Source: Ostreococcus lucimarinus | Lineage: Eukaryota | Reading direction: 5' to 3' (one strand) | Assembly: GCA_000092065.1 (NCBI GenBank) | Contig: CP000592.1 | Length of the DNA stretch: 64,000 nt | In this document: positions 10,765 to 21,865 of the stretch, piece by piece | Layout: each line of letters opens with the position of its first letter | How positions within the stretch are numbered: the stretch's first letter is position 1 | The notes under the pieces: model-generated | Databases searched by the model: none | Told to the model about the DNA's origin: nothing | Seen by the model: only the letters and a program-made list of their open reading frames with translations | Translations under genes and position numbers: made by a program

Positions 10765-11424
10765 CTAGTTCACGAGGTGTGCCGCGATCGTATCGTCTTC
10801 GATGATAAGATTTTCCATTTGCGGTGTCTCGTCGGCTTCTATAGCGCGGCAGATGTGAGTTTTGATGTCAAACTCATCGAGAAATTCATGAACCGTGAAG
10901 AGAAACTTCCTAGCATTTGCGACGATGCGAGTAAGACATTTGTCCATATTCACCGTATTCGGCTCTGCGTTCTCGAGAAGCTCGTAAGTGATGCGCGCGA
11001 TCGCGTTGACGACTGCGCTTTCGTCATAATCTTTGATTTCGAGATCGCTCGCGCTCTTTCCTTCGCCGCTGCCTACGACAGTTTGCAGGTCACTGAATAC
11101 TCTTTCGACGCCCTCTTCCGAAGAACACACATACGACGTCCAACGGTGAGAACTCCTGAGTGACTTCAGCACGCAGTCAATTTTTTTCGATGTATTTTCT
11201 AGCACGAGCAACGTGGAAGACTCGTATCGAATCATCAATCCTGTGTTTCCACAAACGTCTGTGACGCGCGCCTCGAGAGACTCGGATTCCCCGGAATCGT
11301 CCTCTATCGACTGACAAAACAGGAACACTCGGCACAAATAATCTGCAGGGTCTGAGCTAGCGTTGCGCTCTAGTCTTTCTTTCGCCGCCAGAATCACCGC
11401 AGGATCGCAATCGAACGATACCAT
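10765..11424 (-). CDS. Hypothetical protein (219 aa), possibly a longin/roadblock-like fold
   Basis: Clean ORF from a real ATG (11422-11424) with moderate complexity, flanked by AT-rich UTR-like sequence. No family recognised by eye. Confidence 0.45.
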   Translation of the reverse strand: MVSFDCDPAVILAAKERLERNASSDPADYLCRVFLFCQSIEDDSGESESLEARVTDVCGNTGLMIRYESSTLLVLENTSKKIDCVLKSLRSSHRWTSYVCSSEEGVERVFSDLQTVVGSGEGKSASDLEIKDYDESAVVNAIARITYELLENAEPNTVNMDKCLTRIVANARKFLFTVHEFLDEFDIKTHICRAIEADETPQMENLIIEDDTIAAHLVN

Positions 11425-11466
11425 GATGGTTTCGCTAAAAATAAATCCAACGCCGCAGCAGCACGT

Positions 11467-12255
11467 TTAACGCGGAATGATGAAGAGTCTTTCGCTCGGT
11501 TTACGATTCTTCAGCGAGTGAAAGTAATACACGTCTCCTTGTATCGCGCCAAAATCACCTTCAAACGTCGTGTGAAGCTCTGGGACAGTAAGAAGTTCTC
11601 GCAAGGACTCGCTCGAAGTGTCCAACCAAGCCAACAACGCGCAGGAGTCCAGAGATAACCAAAGCACGTTGCGTTGGCTCATGCCTTTTTCGTCCAAACA
11701 CAATGTGGAGTCGCATTGGCATTTTCCTAGATCAATGGGGAAGTTTTCATCGTCCTTCGCCGGATACTCTTTCGCGTGAAACAAGATTCCGAGTCGAACC
11801 ACAGACGACTCGTTCGTCGCCCGCCAAGCAAACGCGTGCGCATGAAACAGATCGAACCGATTTAGCGACGTCGAGGAAGACGATGACGCTGTTTCAAATA
11901 ATTCGACCATGTAAGCGTTGCTCTTGCGATCGCGCATCCGTCGTCCGTATCGTTCTTGCGTCAACTCGCACCCTCGACTCGCCGCGTTCTCGACATTTGG
12001 CACCGCGCGGTGGCGCCAATGCAGCCCATCACCCCATACCCCGGGCGCACGTACCATCGCGCACGGCGCCGGAGGCACACGCACAATCTTTCGCACGCCC
12101 TCGATGTCGTTCGTTCCTCGCGCGAGCGCATCCAACAGCTTTTGCGCGCTCGAGCGCCGTCGCTCTTCGCTCGACCCATCGGCGCGCGCACCGCGGACGC
12201 GCACGACGCGCGCGCGCGGCTTCACCGAAATCCACGTGGATATCGTCATTTGCAT
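11467..12255 (-). CDS. Hypothetical protein (263 aa)
   Basis: The conserved-looking C-terminal half reads GILFHAKEYPAKDDENFPIDLGKCQCDSTLCLDEKGMSQRNVLWLSLDSCALLAWLD...DVYYFHSLKNRKPSERLFIIPR. Start placed at ATG 12253-12255, because the track's 5' extension (to 12597) is the antisense of the F-box gene's acidic N-terminus. Confidence 0.4.
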   Translation of the reverse strand: MQMTISTWISVKPRARVVRVRGARADGSSEERRRSSAQKLLDALARGTNDIEGVRKIVRVPPAPCAMVRAPGVWGDGLHWRHRAVPNVENAASRGCELTQERYGRRMRDRKSNAYMVELFETASSSSSTSLNRFDLFHAHAFAWRATNESSVVRLGILFHAKEYPAKDDENFPIDLGKCQCDSTLCLDEKGMSQRNVLWLSLDSCALLAWLDTSSESLRELLTVPELHTTFEGDFGAIQGDVYYFHSLKNRKPSERLFIIPR

Positions 12256-12263
12256 GGACTTTC

Positions 12264-12293
12264 GCGGCGCGGCGCGGCGCGGCGCGGCGCGGT
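12264..12293. repeat. (GGCGC)n pentanucleotide repeat
   Basis: gcggcgcggcgcggcgcggcgcggcgcgg seen directly. Confidence 0.6.
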
Positions 12294-12391
12294 TACTTCG
12301 TCGGTTCCATCGCGCGTCGGCGTGTACTGATGTAACGACCGCGCTCGCGGAGCGCCACTCGCGGTCGTGCGACGACGTGGCGTCGCGAGCG

Positions 12392-13282
12392 ATGGAGACG
12401 AGCGCGACGGACGGCGACGGCGACGATGACGACGACTTGGAGGCCGAAATCACGCGCATGATGCTAGAACGACGCGACGATGACGGCGAGAACGCGAAGA
12501 AGCGACCGAGAGTCAGTCGTGCTGCCGACGAAGGCGCGGTCGAGGAGGCAGAGGCTGGGCCTTTTTCGACGCTGCACGACGACGTCGTGTCGCTCATCCT
12601 GCGCTTCCTCGCACCGAACGAATTAACTTCCCTCGCGCAGACGTGTAAATTTTTCGCTGCGCGCTGCGATCAAGACTTCCTATGGAGGCAGTGCTACTTG
12701 GAGAGGTTCGGGAACACAAAGCAGGCGCAAGGAAACGGGATGAAGAAGCTATATCTTGCGGCGGACGCGATGGAAATCAATAGAGAACGTACAAAAGCGC
12801 CCGCAGGCTTCGAGAAAATATGCGCCGAGGCTTGCGCGGCGAAGCGTTCACGCCAAAATGCAGTCCTCGCACCTTTGTGTGAACAGCTAGCGACGGACCG
12901 CGCCGCGAGCGAATGGAAGTCACATAGACAATTTGCCACCGACGCCGACTCGCACGTGTGCAGTCGCCGCGCTGGTTGTTCATACGCCGAATTACCGAGT
13001 AATGTGTTCGTCTGTGAACGCACGGGTAAGGTGCACGTGTGCGATGACACATGTTCAGAGCGCTACTTGGATACTGAAATCGGTACCGAGATATGCGAGG
13101 TTTCTGGGCGAGTCCTGGACACCGTTGCCGCGGATGACGAAGATGAAGATCCACAAGCTGCTGCAGAGCAAGACCAGCATTACTTCGAAAAAGGTTACTT
13201 CGGTCGTGCTTTCGAAGTTGGTTACGGCTGCGACAATGAAGCAGAACTCGCGACGGCGCTCTGGGGAGGCCGACGCTATTGA
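12392..13282 (+). CDS. F-box protein with a Cys/His-rich C-terminal region
   Basis: F-box consensus LHDDVVSLILRFLAPNELTSLAQTCKFFAARCDQDFLWRQCY. Acidic N-terminus from ATG 12392. C-terminus CSRRAGCSYAEL...VCERTGKVHVCDDTCSERY. The track's start at 11918 is a non-ATG extension. Confidence 0.65.
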   Translation: METSATDGDGDDDDDLEAEITRMMLERRDDDGENAKKRPRVSRAADEGAVEEAEAGPFSTLHDDVVSLILRFLAPNELTSLAQTCKFFAARCDQDFLWRQCYLERFGNTKQAQGNGMKKLYLAADAMEINRERTKAPAGFEKICAEACAAKRSRQNAVLAPLCEQLATDRAASEWKSHRQFATDADSHVCSRRAGCSYAELPSNVFVCERTGKVHVCDDTCSERYLDTEIGTEICEVSGRVLDTVAADDEDEDPQAAAEQDQHYFEKGYFGRAFEVGYGCDNEAELATALWGGRRY

Positions 13283-13515
13283 CAAATTCCTAGTCGCATT
13301 AGGTTTAGAGTTTAGCAAAAAGAACTGCAAAAAATCATTTCTTTCGTTTAATCGCGTTTCCTCGAGATCTCTCGGCGCGTTCGGACACGAGCGCACGGTT
13401 CGCGAAACAACGACAGCCGCGCGCAAATTCAAAACTCTTCACAACCCAGCGCATGCACGCGCGGTGTTTGCGCGTGCCTTACTCGTTCATCCACCCTCGT
13501 CGCTCGTCGTCGGTC

Positions 13516-14424
13516 ATGAGTGACTTAAAGCGCAAAGAGCGTCCAATCACGAGCTTTTTCAAGCCCGTCAACGCGCGCGCGAGCGGGGCGGACGAGAACA
13601 CGTCCGATGGCGTGGCTCAAGATGTGAAAAAGTTGAAGGAAAACATGCCGGTGATCGCGGCGACGCCCACGGACGTCGTCAAGACGCCGATGACGACGAG
13701 TGGGGTGTCATCACCGTCGCAGCACGCCTACGCGAGTTTGCTCAAAGATGAACAATGGCGAAAGGTCCTCGCCCAAGAGTTCACCAAGCCGTATTGGGAT
13801 AAACTGGAAAAATTTTTAGAGAGCGAAGAAAAGGCGCGCGCCAAGATTTTCCCACCGAAGCAGCATGTGTTTCGTGCGTTCGATTCATGCGCGATGGAAG
13901 ACGTTAAGGTGGTGATCATCGGTCAAGATCCCTATCACGACGATGGACAAGCGATGGGATTGTGCTTTTCCGTGCCGAGGGGCGTCAAGGTACCGTCGAG
14001 TTTGCACAATATTTATAAGGAGTTGAAATCGGATTTGAACTGTAAGATCCCGATGCACGGAGATTTGGATAAGTGGGCGAAACAAGGGGTGTTCTTGTTA
14101 AACGTGTCTCTCACTGTTCGAGCGCATCAAGCGAACAGTCACTCCAAGAAGGGTTGGGAAAATTTCACAGACGCGGCGATTCGCGAAATTGCGAAAAATA
14201 GAAAAGGTTTGGTATTTTTACTGTGGGGAAAGAATGCGCAAGAGAAGGAAAAGTTGATCTCTAAGCAAAACAATCATTTGATTCTCAAGTGTCCGCATCC
14301 GTCTGGTTTGTCGGCGCACAGAGGTTTCTTCGGCTCAAAGCACTTTTCTCAGTGCAACAAATTTATCGAATCGAACGGCGGCGAACCAATCGATTGGCAA
14401 ATCGAGGGACCGTACAGGAATTAA
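13516..14424 (+). CDS. UNG: Uracil-DNA glycosylase (UNG family 1) with an N-terminal PCNA-interacting PIP box
   Basis: Catalytic water-activating loop VIIGQDPYH. Also GLCFSV, GVFLLNVSLTVRAHQANSH and the CPHPSGLSAHRGFFG leucine-intercalation loop. N-terminal RPITSFFKP matches the Qxx[ILM]xxFF PIP box seen in nuclear UNG2. An alternative upstream ATG at 13453 would add 21 aa. Confidence 0.85.
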   Translation: MSDLKRKERPITSFFKPVNARASGADENTSDGVAQDVKKLKENMPVIAATPTDVVKTPMTTSGVSSPSQHAYASLLKDEQWRKVLAQEFTKPYWDKLEKFLESEEKARAKIFPPKQHVFRAFDSCAMEDVKVVIIGQDPYHDDGQAMGLCFSVPRGVKVPSSLHNIYKELKSDLNCKIPMHGDLDKWAKQGVFLLNVSLTVRAHQANSHSKKGWENFTDAAIREIAKNRKGLVFLLWGKNAQEKEKLISKQNNHLILKCPHPSGLSAHRGFFGSKHFSQCNKFIESNGGEPIDWQIEGPYRN

Positions 14425-14460
14425 GGCTTGTTTGTAATGTTGTTTTAATTCACATATTCG

Positions 14461-15820
14461 CTATCGTTCGACTAATTTTGTTATCGTCTCAACTACTTCG
14501 TTGAGTGTGTGCGACACGCTTATTACGTTTGCATTCCAGACAGAGACGGGATCGTCGTGAGACGGCGACACGTTGTCAAAGTACACAAAACGATCAACTT
14601 GGTCTATGTATCCTTGCACACGCTGATCGTAGATCAACTTCGCCGCCAACTTCTCTGCCTCAGCATCACTCACACCCAAAATTTCCCCAAGATGATCGAA
14701 ACTTATGTTCTCGTATGCATACTTCATGCTCTCTAAATTGTGTTCCATAATAGCCTGCTCAAACGCAGACACGCCGTCGGCGCGAACTTCGACATGATGC
14801 GGACTTAGGAAGGTCTGGAATTCTTTCGCTTCATCTGCTCTGATGATGCGTCTGAATTCAATCTTCTCAAGAAACGGGTAAACGGGTAATTCTCTCACGT
14901 TCGTATCTAGCCGAAACGAACGAAGCAAACGATCTCTCTGAACAGAGGAGGAAAGAATCGCACACACAACTGCGCGCGTCATCGTTCCTGCGTCGCTTTG
15001 ATTTTCTAGTCGAGACATTTCGGTATAGCGCAACGCAGCATCCATAAACTTGCCCACTCTATCAGAAACTTTTGCCCAGCACGCATGGTATTCATGCAGC
15101 AGCTCGGGCTTTTTTTGAAGCTCAGCCGGCAGCTGCGAGAGCAACGCGTGCGTCTTGTTTACGTGCTTCTCTGCCTTGTCCAATTCATTCGCTTCCAAGT
15201 ACATGTTCGCGGTTTCAAGCGTTATCTTGAGCTTGTACTCACCCGAACCCGCACTTGAGGGTTGCACTTCGATTCCCGCCAGCACGTCAGCGGCCTCGGA
15301 CCAATTCTTTGCCTCAGCTAACCGTCTCGCCAACGCCTCACGCACCGGCCACACACTCTCCTCAAACGATACCAGTCGCGGTTGCGTCTTCGCCAACACC
15401 GCCGCCGCCAATCTCTTATGCGTCGTCGCATCTAAATTTATGAAAGTTTTCGACACTTGTGCTATGATCTCTCGCGATATCGCCAGCGGTACGCTATCCG
15501 AAACGACTACTCGTCGAAGAATCAATCGATTGGTTACGCGCCGTCGTCAGTCTCCGGTCTCCGTTCGCGTCCCGTCCCGTCGCGTCCCGTCGCGTCGCAT
15601 CGCGTCGCGTCGCGTCGCGTCATCGCGTCGTCGCGTCGTTATCGCACGCACTGTGATCCATGAACGCCTCGAATCCGTCCTCGACGTCCATCGAGGTCGA
15701 CGTCGTCTCGACCGATGCCATCACCTCTCGCGCCAACGCTTCGTACGCCCTTTGACGCGCCGCGGAATCGTGTTCGAGCGTGATGGCGCGCAGGCGATCA
15801 TCGAGCGACATCGACGTCAT
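14461..15820 (-). CDS. CSN4: COP9 signalosome subunit 4 (PCI domain). Two exons: 15820..15652 and 15509..14461. Intron 15651..15510.
   Basis: Exon 2 aligns along its length with human COPS4 (QPRLVSFEESVWPVREALA / QPRVISFEEQVASIRQHLA; KLKITLETANMYLE; the PCI region). Exon 1 (MTSMSLDDRLRAITLEHD...EAFMDH) supplies the missing N-terminus. Its A|GTGCGTG donor joins to a gacgag| acceptor, keeping frame (...FMDH-I-VVSDSVPLAISREII). The result is 405 aa, against human 406. Confidence 0.8.
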
Positions 15821-15868
15821 CCACCTCGCGCGTCCTCGCGCGCGTCGCGCGCGCGTGTGTCGGGACGC

Positions 15869-15921
15869 GTTCGATTCGATTCGATTCGATTCCGGTTCGG
15901 TTCGGTTCGGTTCGGTTCGGT
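15869..15921. repeat. Compound microsatellite (TCGAT)4-(GGTTC)5
   Basis: ttcgattcgattcgattcgattccggttcggttcggttcggttcggttcgg lies in the region between CSN4 exon 1 and the Kelch/EGF gene start. Other CGCGTCG/GTCCC repeats lie inside the CSN4 intron (15540-15640). Confidence 0.7.
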
Positions 15922-16214
15922 CTGTCGGTCCGACGCCGCGGCGTTCCCAGAGCGCGACGGGCGACGGGCGACGGGCGAGCGCGCGAGCGAGGCGCGCGAG
16001 CGAGTCAAACGCGCGTCTCGCGCGTCGCGCCCGTCGCGCGTCGAACGCGATGCCGCGCGCGCGGTCGTCGCGCGTCGAACGCGCGACGCGGTCGTTTAAA
16101 GATGACGAGCCGCGGGGACGTCGAGAGGGATCGGAGGCGAACGAGCGCGGCGACGAGACGCGCGAGGGCGAGAAACGACGATGGAGTCGAAGATTTCAAA
16201 GCGCGTCGCGCGCG

Positions 16215-18578
16215 ATGGTGATGGTAATCGCCCTGACGTGCGCGCTCGAGACGCCGAGAGGAGCGCGCGCGGGGAACGCGTTCGCCAGGCAAACGCCGGT
16301 CGGGGACTTGGGATTCCTCGGCGTGCCGGGACCGCCGGGAAGAAGCGGACACAAGGCGGTGGTGACGGATGATTCGCAAATGTTCATCTTCGGCGGACGC
16401 GCGAAGTCGACGAACGGGGATTTTTTGAACGACTTTTGGATGTACGACTGGGAGACGGGCTCGTGGGTGGCGTACACGCCAAACGAATTGTTGTGCGATC
16501 AGTGTTCAACGTGTCAGGACACGGGAGCAACGTGTTACGATTGGACGGGATTGCGACCTTATAGCGAGCCGACGCTGAAGGAAGGGAAAAATAGGAAGGA
16601 GCGTTCGATACCGAGCGGGCGAATCCATCACGGGATGGCGCTCACGCTCAACCGCGAGACTGGGATTCGGGATACCATCATCATGTATGGAGGCGAGAGC
16701 ATCGATTGCACTGATTACTGCGACGATGTTTGGCACTACAATATTCCGAACAATCTATGGAGCAAAAGATCCTTCACCGGACAGGAACAGCGACCCGTGA
16801 GACGATGGAAGCACGCCATGACGGATTACTACGACGCTGTCTTCTTATTTGGAGGACACTCGCAAAGATTACTCTCGACGACTGCGAATGCGGCGAACCA
16901 GACCAACGATACATCGTTTTATTACGACACTGATGTCGTTTATGACGGCACTAGGCCGTTATTCATGGAAGATCTTTGGGTTTACAACGCTACGAATCGC
17001 CAGTGGGAGTACCTCGAGCCTTCATGCACGACGTGTTCTAGTACCACGACAGAGAGTGACGGTACGGCGGACCGAGATTTATACGGCCCTCGTGGCCGAA
17101 CTGGTGCAAGCCTGGTGAGCTATGAAGACTCTTTGTACCTTTTTGGCGGCTACTCCTATGGAGGTGAATCAAACTTCAAAGAGCTGTATCCCGTACCCAA
17201 GAATGAAACGATCCGTCAGTTGCTGTACCCATCGCTGGAGAGTAAGTATTTTCTTAACGACCTTTGGCGGTACGACATTTTGACAAACTCTTGGACTGAG
17301 TTAATGCCGAGAACAAATTACACTGCGAAACCTGAGCGGAGGCACGGACATTCTGCCACAGTTGTGTTGAAAGATTCTGTCGCGGTGATGCTCATTCAGG
17401 GAGGTCGCACGTGGGAAGACGAAATCGGAGATATGTGGCAGTATAACATTTCATCCAACGTGTGGACTGAGATCGTTCCAGAAGGTGATTATCCCTCACG
17501 ACGAGAAGGATCGACAATGGTCTCTGTTGGTCAGACTTCGACATTTAGATCTGGTTCATCACGTCAGGCTGGTCGCGCGTTGATATTCGGAGGTCATGGT
17601 TGTCTGAAAGGCAAGACATATGCTGAAGCTGTGGCCGCTGCAGCCGCTGCAAGTACGGGTACGGTCGGTAGAACATATGTGGACGATCTTTCTGGGGTGA
17701 CTGTGGACTGGCAAAGCAAGTATAGTGTAACTACGACGGGTAAGCTTGTGATAAACGGCGTGACGATGGAAGACGCCAGCGATCCTACATTTTTGGCTGT
17801 TGAAGATGGAACAACACAAGTGCAAACAGTCACGAGCTATGGTGAGACGGTTTGTACTGAAGAACTCAGTGATCTTTGGCAGTATCTTCCAGATGAATGC
17901 CCGAACGATTGCAGTCGATCTGGTACGTGTAGCTTCAACACGTGCATGTGCTCAAAAGGGTATTACGGCAACGATTGCTCGTTGCCAGAGTGTCCTCAGT
18001 CAAATTGCACATTTGATAGCGTTGGACGTAAAATGGTGTGTAATCACTGCAGTGGCCGAGGTGAGTGTAGTAACGGTGTGTGCGTGAACTGCGCTTACCC
18101 GTCGAGTGGCACCTATTGCGAAATTAAAGTTGGTTTGTGTACGACATGCGAGTGTTACGAAGACAACGGTGAAGAACCCCCGGAGGGCTTGGACTGTGGT
18201 TTGGTGTTGGTTTGCCCGAAGAATCCTTCTGTTCCAAGTTCTGCAGAGTGCTCGGGCAACGGTATTTGTGTAGAAGGCGTGTGTAACTGCTATCCTGGGT
18301 TCACTGAAAGCATGGTGGTTACTCGAGTCGGCGACGCTCGATTTCCTGCCAATCTCGACGTGAATGGCACAGTTGTTCCCGCCCCAGAATGCGGTTATGA
18401 TGAGACGGCGCCCAACAAGTACAACAAAGCTCTAGTGACAGATGCGTGTATACCGACGTACATCAAAGATTGTGGTGACTTTCTGTACGAGATGGCGGGT
18501 TCAAGAAGGACTGCTGGACTCGGCGTCGCCGCACTCATAGCGATACTGACGTTTCAAGCATTGGTCGACCTCGGGTAA
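16215..18578 (+). CDS. Type-I membrane protein with an N-terminal signal peptide, Kelch/galactose-oxidase-type beta-propeller repeats, Cys-rich EGF/tenascin-like modules and a C-terminal TM anchor (attractin/MEGF8-like architecture)
   Basis: Signal MVMVIALTCALETPRGARA from ATG 16215. Repeated Kelch signatures (MFIFGG..., IIMYGGES..., VFLFGGHS..., LYLFGGYS..., ALIFGGHG...). EGF-like stretches CSRSGTCSFNTCMCSKGYYGNDCSLPEC and CSGRGECSNGVCVNCAY...CE. C-terminal TM TAGLGVAALIAILTF. The 5' part of the track ORF (15780-16214) overlaps CSN4 exon 1 and was rejected. Confidence 0.65.
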   Translation: MVMVIALTCALETPRGARAGNAFARQTPVGDLGFLGVPGPPGRSGHKAVVTDDSQMFIFGGRAKSTNGDFLNDFWMYDWETGSWVAYTPNELLCDQCSTCQDTGATCYDWTGLRPYSEPTLKEGKNRKERSIPSGRIHHGMALTLNRETGIRDTIIMYGGESIDCTDYCDDVWHYNIPNNLWSKRSFTGQEQRPVRRWKHAMTDYYDAVFLFGGHSQRLLSTTANAANQTNDTSFYYDTDVVYDGTRPLFMEDLWVYNATNRQWEYLEPSCTTCSSTTTESDGTADRDLYGPRGRTGASLVSYEDSLYLFGGYSYGGESNFKELYPVPKNETIRQLLYPSLESKYFLNDLWRYDILTNSWTELMPRTNYTAKPERRHGHSATVVLKDSVAVMLIQGGRTWEDEIGDMWQYNISSNVWTEIVPEGDYPSRREGSTMVSVGQTSTFRSGSSRQAGRALIFGGHGCLKGKTYAEAVAAAAAASTGTVGRTYVDDLSGVTVDWQSKYSVTTTGKLVINGVTMEDASDPTFLAVEDGTTQVQTVTSYGETVCTEELSDLWQYLPDECPNDCSRSGTCSFNTCMCSKGYYGNDCSLPECPQSNCTFDSVGRKMVCNHCSGRGECSNGVCVNCAYPSSGTYCEIKVGLCTTCECYEDNGEEPPEGLDCGLVLVCPKNPSVPSSAECSGNGICVEGVCNCYPGFTESMVVTRVGDARFPANLDVNGTVVPAPECGYDETAPNKYNKALVTDACIPTYIKDCGDFLYEMAGSRRTAGLGVAALIAILTFQALVDLG

Positions 18579-18818
18579 ATCATTACTACTAGAAGCTAGC
18601 AAACCATAATGTGATGAATTCTCGAAACTTAGAAGATTTTGACCCCTGCACGAGGGAGATTCGTCGTGCACGTCGCAGCGACCCGCTCGAGACAAAGATT
18701 GCCTAGCACCAAAGCAACAGACGTCACAGTGTGAGGGGCGGCGAAGCGCTAGCGCCGCGTGTGTGACTCGATAAAGACGAAAGAGTCGGTCTCGCACAGT
18801 CCTTAGCCTCACGCTGCG

Positions 18819-19742
18819 ATGACGACGCTGGAGGCGAGCTCTAACGAACGCCGCGCCGGCGCCGCTGAAACGATTTCTGAACAGCTCCTCGTTGAGGAAC
18901 TGGTGTCGTCGGAGTCCGAGGGCGACAACGTTCGCTCGGTTGACATACAAGCCATTGCGCGTCGAGTGCAGCGAGCGAATAGGACTCTGTCCGCTGAAAC
19001 CGCGGCCACGATCAGTGGAGAGCAGGAAGAGAAACTTGCCCTCGCTGCAGTGCATCTTTGGCGGGCAAAGATGCACGTGCGGCTTTCAAATCTTTACTCG
19101 GAGAAGGCCTGGGATAGCAAAAAGTTTCCACGTAAATTTTATTTGAAGTACAGGGGCTTCGGACCGACACATCAGCGTAGCGACTTGGTTGAATTTAGAA
19201 AGCTCTACTTGCGGTGTGCGTTATCCAGCTCCGAGCGTGCCGTTGAATTGGCACCGTTCTCCTACGAATGCGTGATGTTGAAGGCATGCATATTGTGTCT
19301 ACTCATTAGTTTCGGAGGATATATGCGCGACATTTACTGCGAGAAAGCGTTGACGAGTTGCCGGCGAGCAATGTCGCTGCACCGCATGCCGCAAATTGCC
19401 GACAACAGAGAAAGAGCCATCCTGTACAACTCTACGCAAGATAGAACGAGCGCGCAGGCGACGGAATCAAGCCGATCGGATGCACGTATGGCGTCCTTGT
19501 GGAATATGGCCATTTTCGCCGCTCACACAGTCGCGACGAAACGAGGGTCTTGGGATGCGGATACGTTGTGGGCTGACAGACAAAATTCACTCGGTTCAGG
19601 CACATCGTGTGAGCTGCCATCAGGCGATTTACCGACGAGCTCGCTCGAAGAACTCGTTTCATGGAACATGTGGGGTAATAATTGGACTGGTTTGGGAGAG
19701 AATAGCACGCTGCAGGATGTACTCGCTGACTGCAAGGAATAG
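18819..19742 (+). CDS. Hypothetical protein (307 aa) in a locally AT-richer segment
   Basis: Real ATG at 18819 and an uninterrupted 924-nt ORF. Base composition is visibly lower in GC than the rest of the window. No family recognised. Confidence 0.4.
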   Translation: MTTLEASSNERRAGAAETISEQLLVEELVSSESEGDNVRSVDIQAIARRVQRANRTLSAETAATISGEQEEKLALAAVHLWRAKMHVRLSNLYSEKAWDSKKFPRKFYLKYRGFGPTHQRSDLVEFRKLYLRCALSSSERAVELAPFSYECVMLKACILCLLISFGGYMRDIYCEKALTSCRRAMSLHRMPQIADNRERAILYNSTQDRTSAQATESSRSDARMASLWNMAIFAAHTVATKRGSWDADTLWADRQNSLGSGTSCELPSGDLPTSSLEELVSWNMWGNNWTGLGENSTLQDVLADCKE

Positions 19743-20285
19743 ATAGATATCTGATTTAATTTAGATGTATTATTAGTAGCACTCATTTTCGATCGATACG
19801 CGCATCATCGCGGAAGTTCGACAGGATCGCAACAATAAACTCTTGTATACATTTTATCCCGTATTTTCGATCGAAATCAAGAGCAAAACGCATCGTGCCA
19901 AGGTACAAATACAAATTAAAGTTTGGGCGATGGTCAAAATAAATAATTTAATTCAACAGCTATCGGCGAATAAGTCGCCGAAAGAGATCTCAATGAAGCC
20001 ACGGAGGCGAACTTCTCCTCGTATTGTCAGACTGACGCTTGTAACGCTGATTCTCCGCGTCGTCGTGCATTGAGGCGTCGATATGAGCGATCGAGTTGTT
20101 AATTATTCTCACCTGACGAACATTAATTAAAAAAGTAATTCCGATCTTCGTGTTATCGAGAATCGCACGTCAAATCTCGATGCAGACGCCCACGAACGCA
20201 CGTCAGCGACGATAGCGCAAAAAACTTAACGGAAATGACGGAAACGGGCGAAGGAGTAAAGCAATTACTTTCGATATTTATTTAA

Positions 20286-21702
<1,417 letters not shown>

Positions 21703-21865
21703 CGCCACCGATCTCGACGCGCGCGCGCGAGTCCGGTGACGCGCCCCGATGTTCGCATCCAGCCGCCCGGGTCGCCGGCGCGTTTGGCGCGCGACTGATT
21801 GCGATTCGGCGTCACCGCGCGCGTCCGCGCCGCAGTGCGCGGCGCGAGACGCGCGGTCGGGAACG

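Noticed and set aside
15780-16214. 5' extension of the Kelch/EGF ORF (track start 15780)
   Set aside because: It overlaps CSN4 exon 1 on the other strand and is Arg-rich with no sequence similarity. The predicted signal peptide begins at the ATG at 16215.
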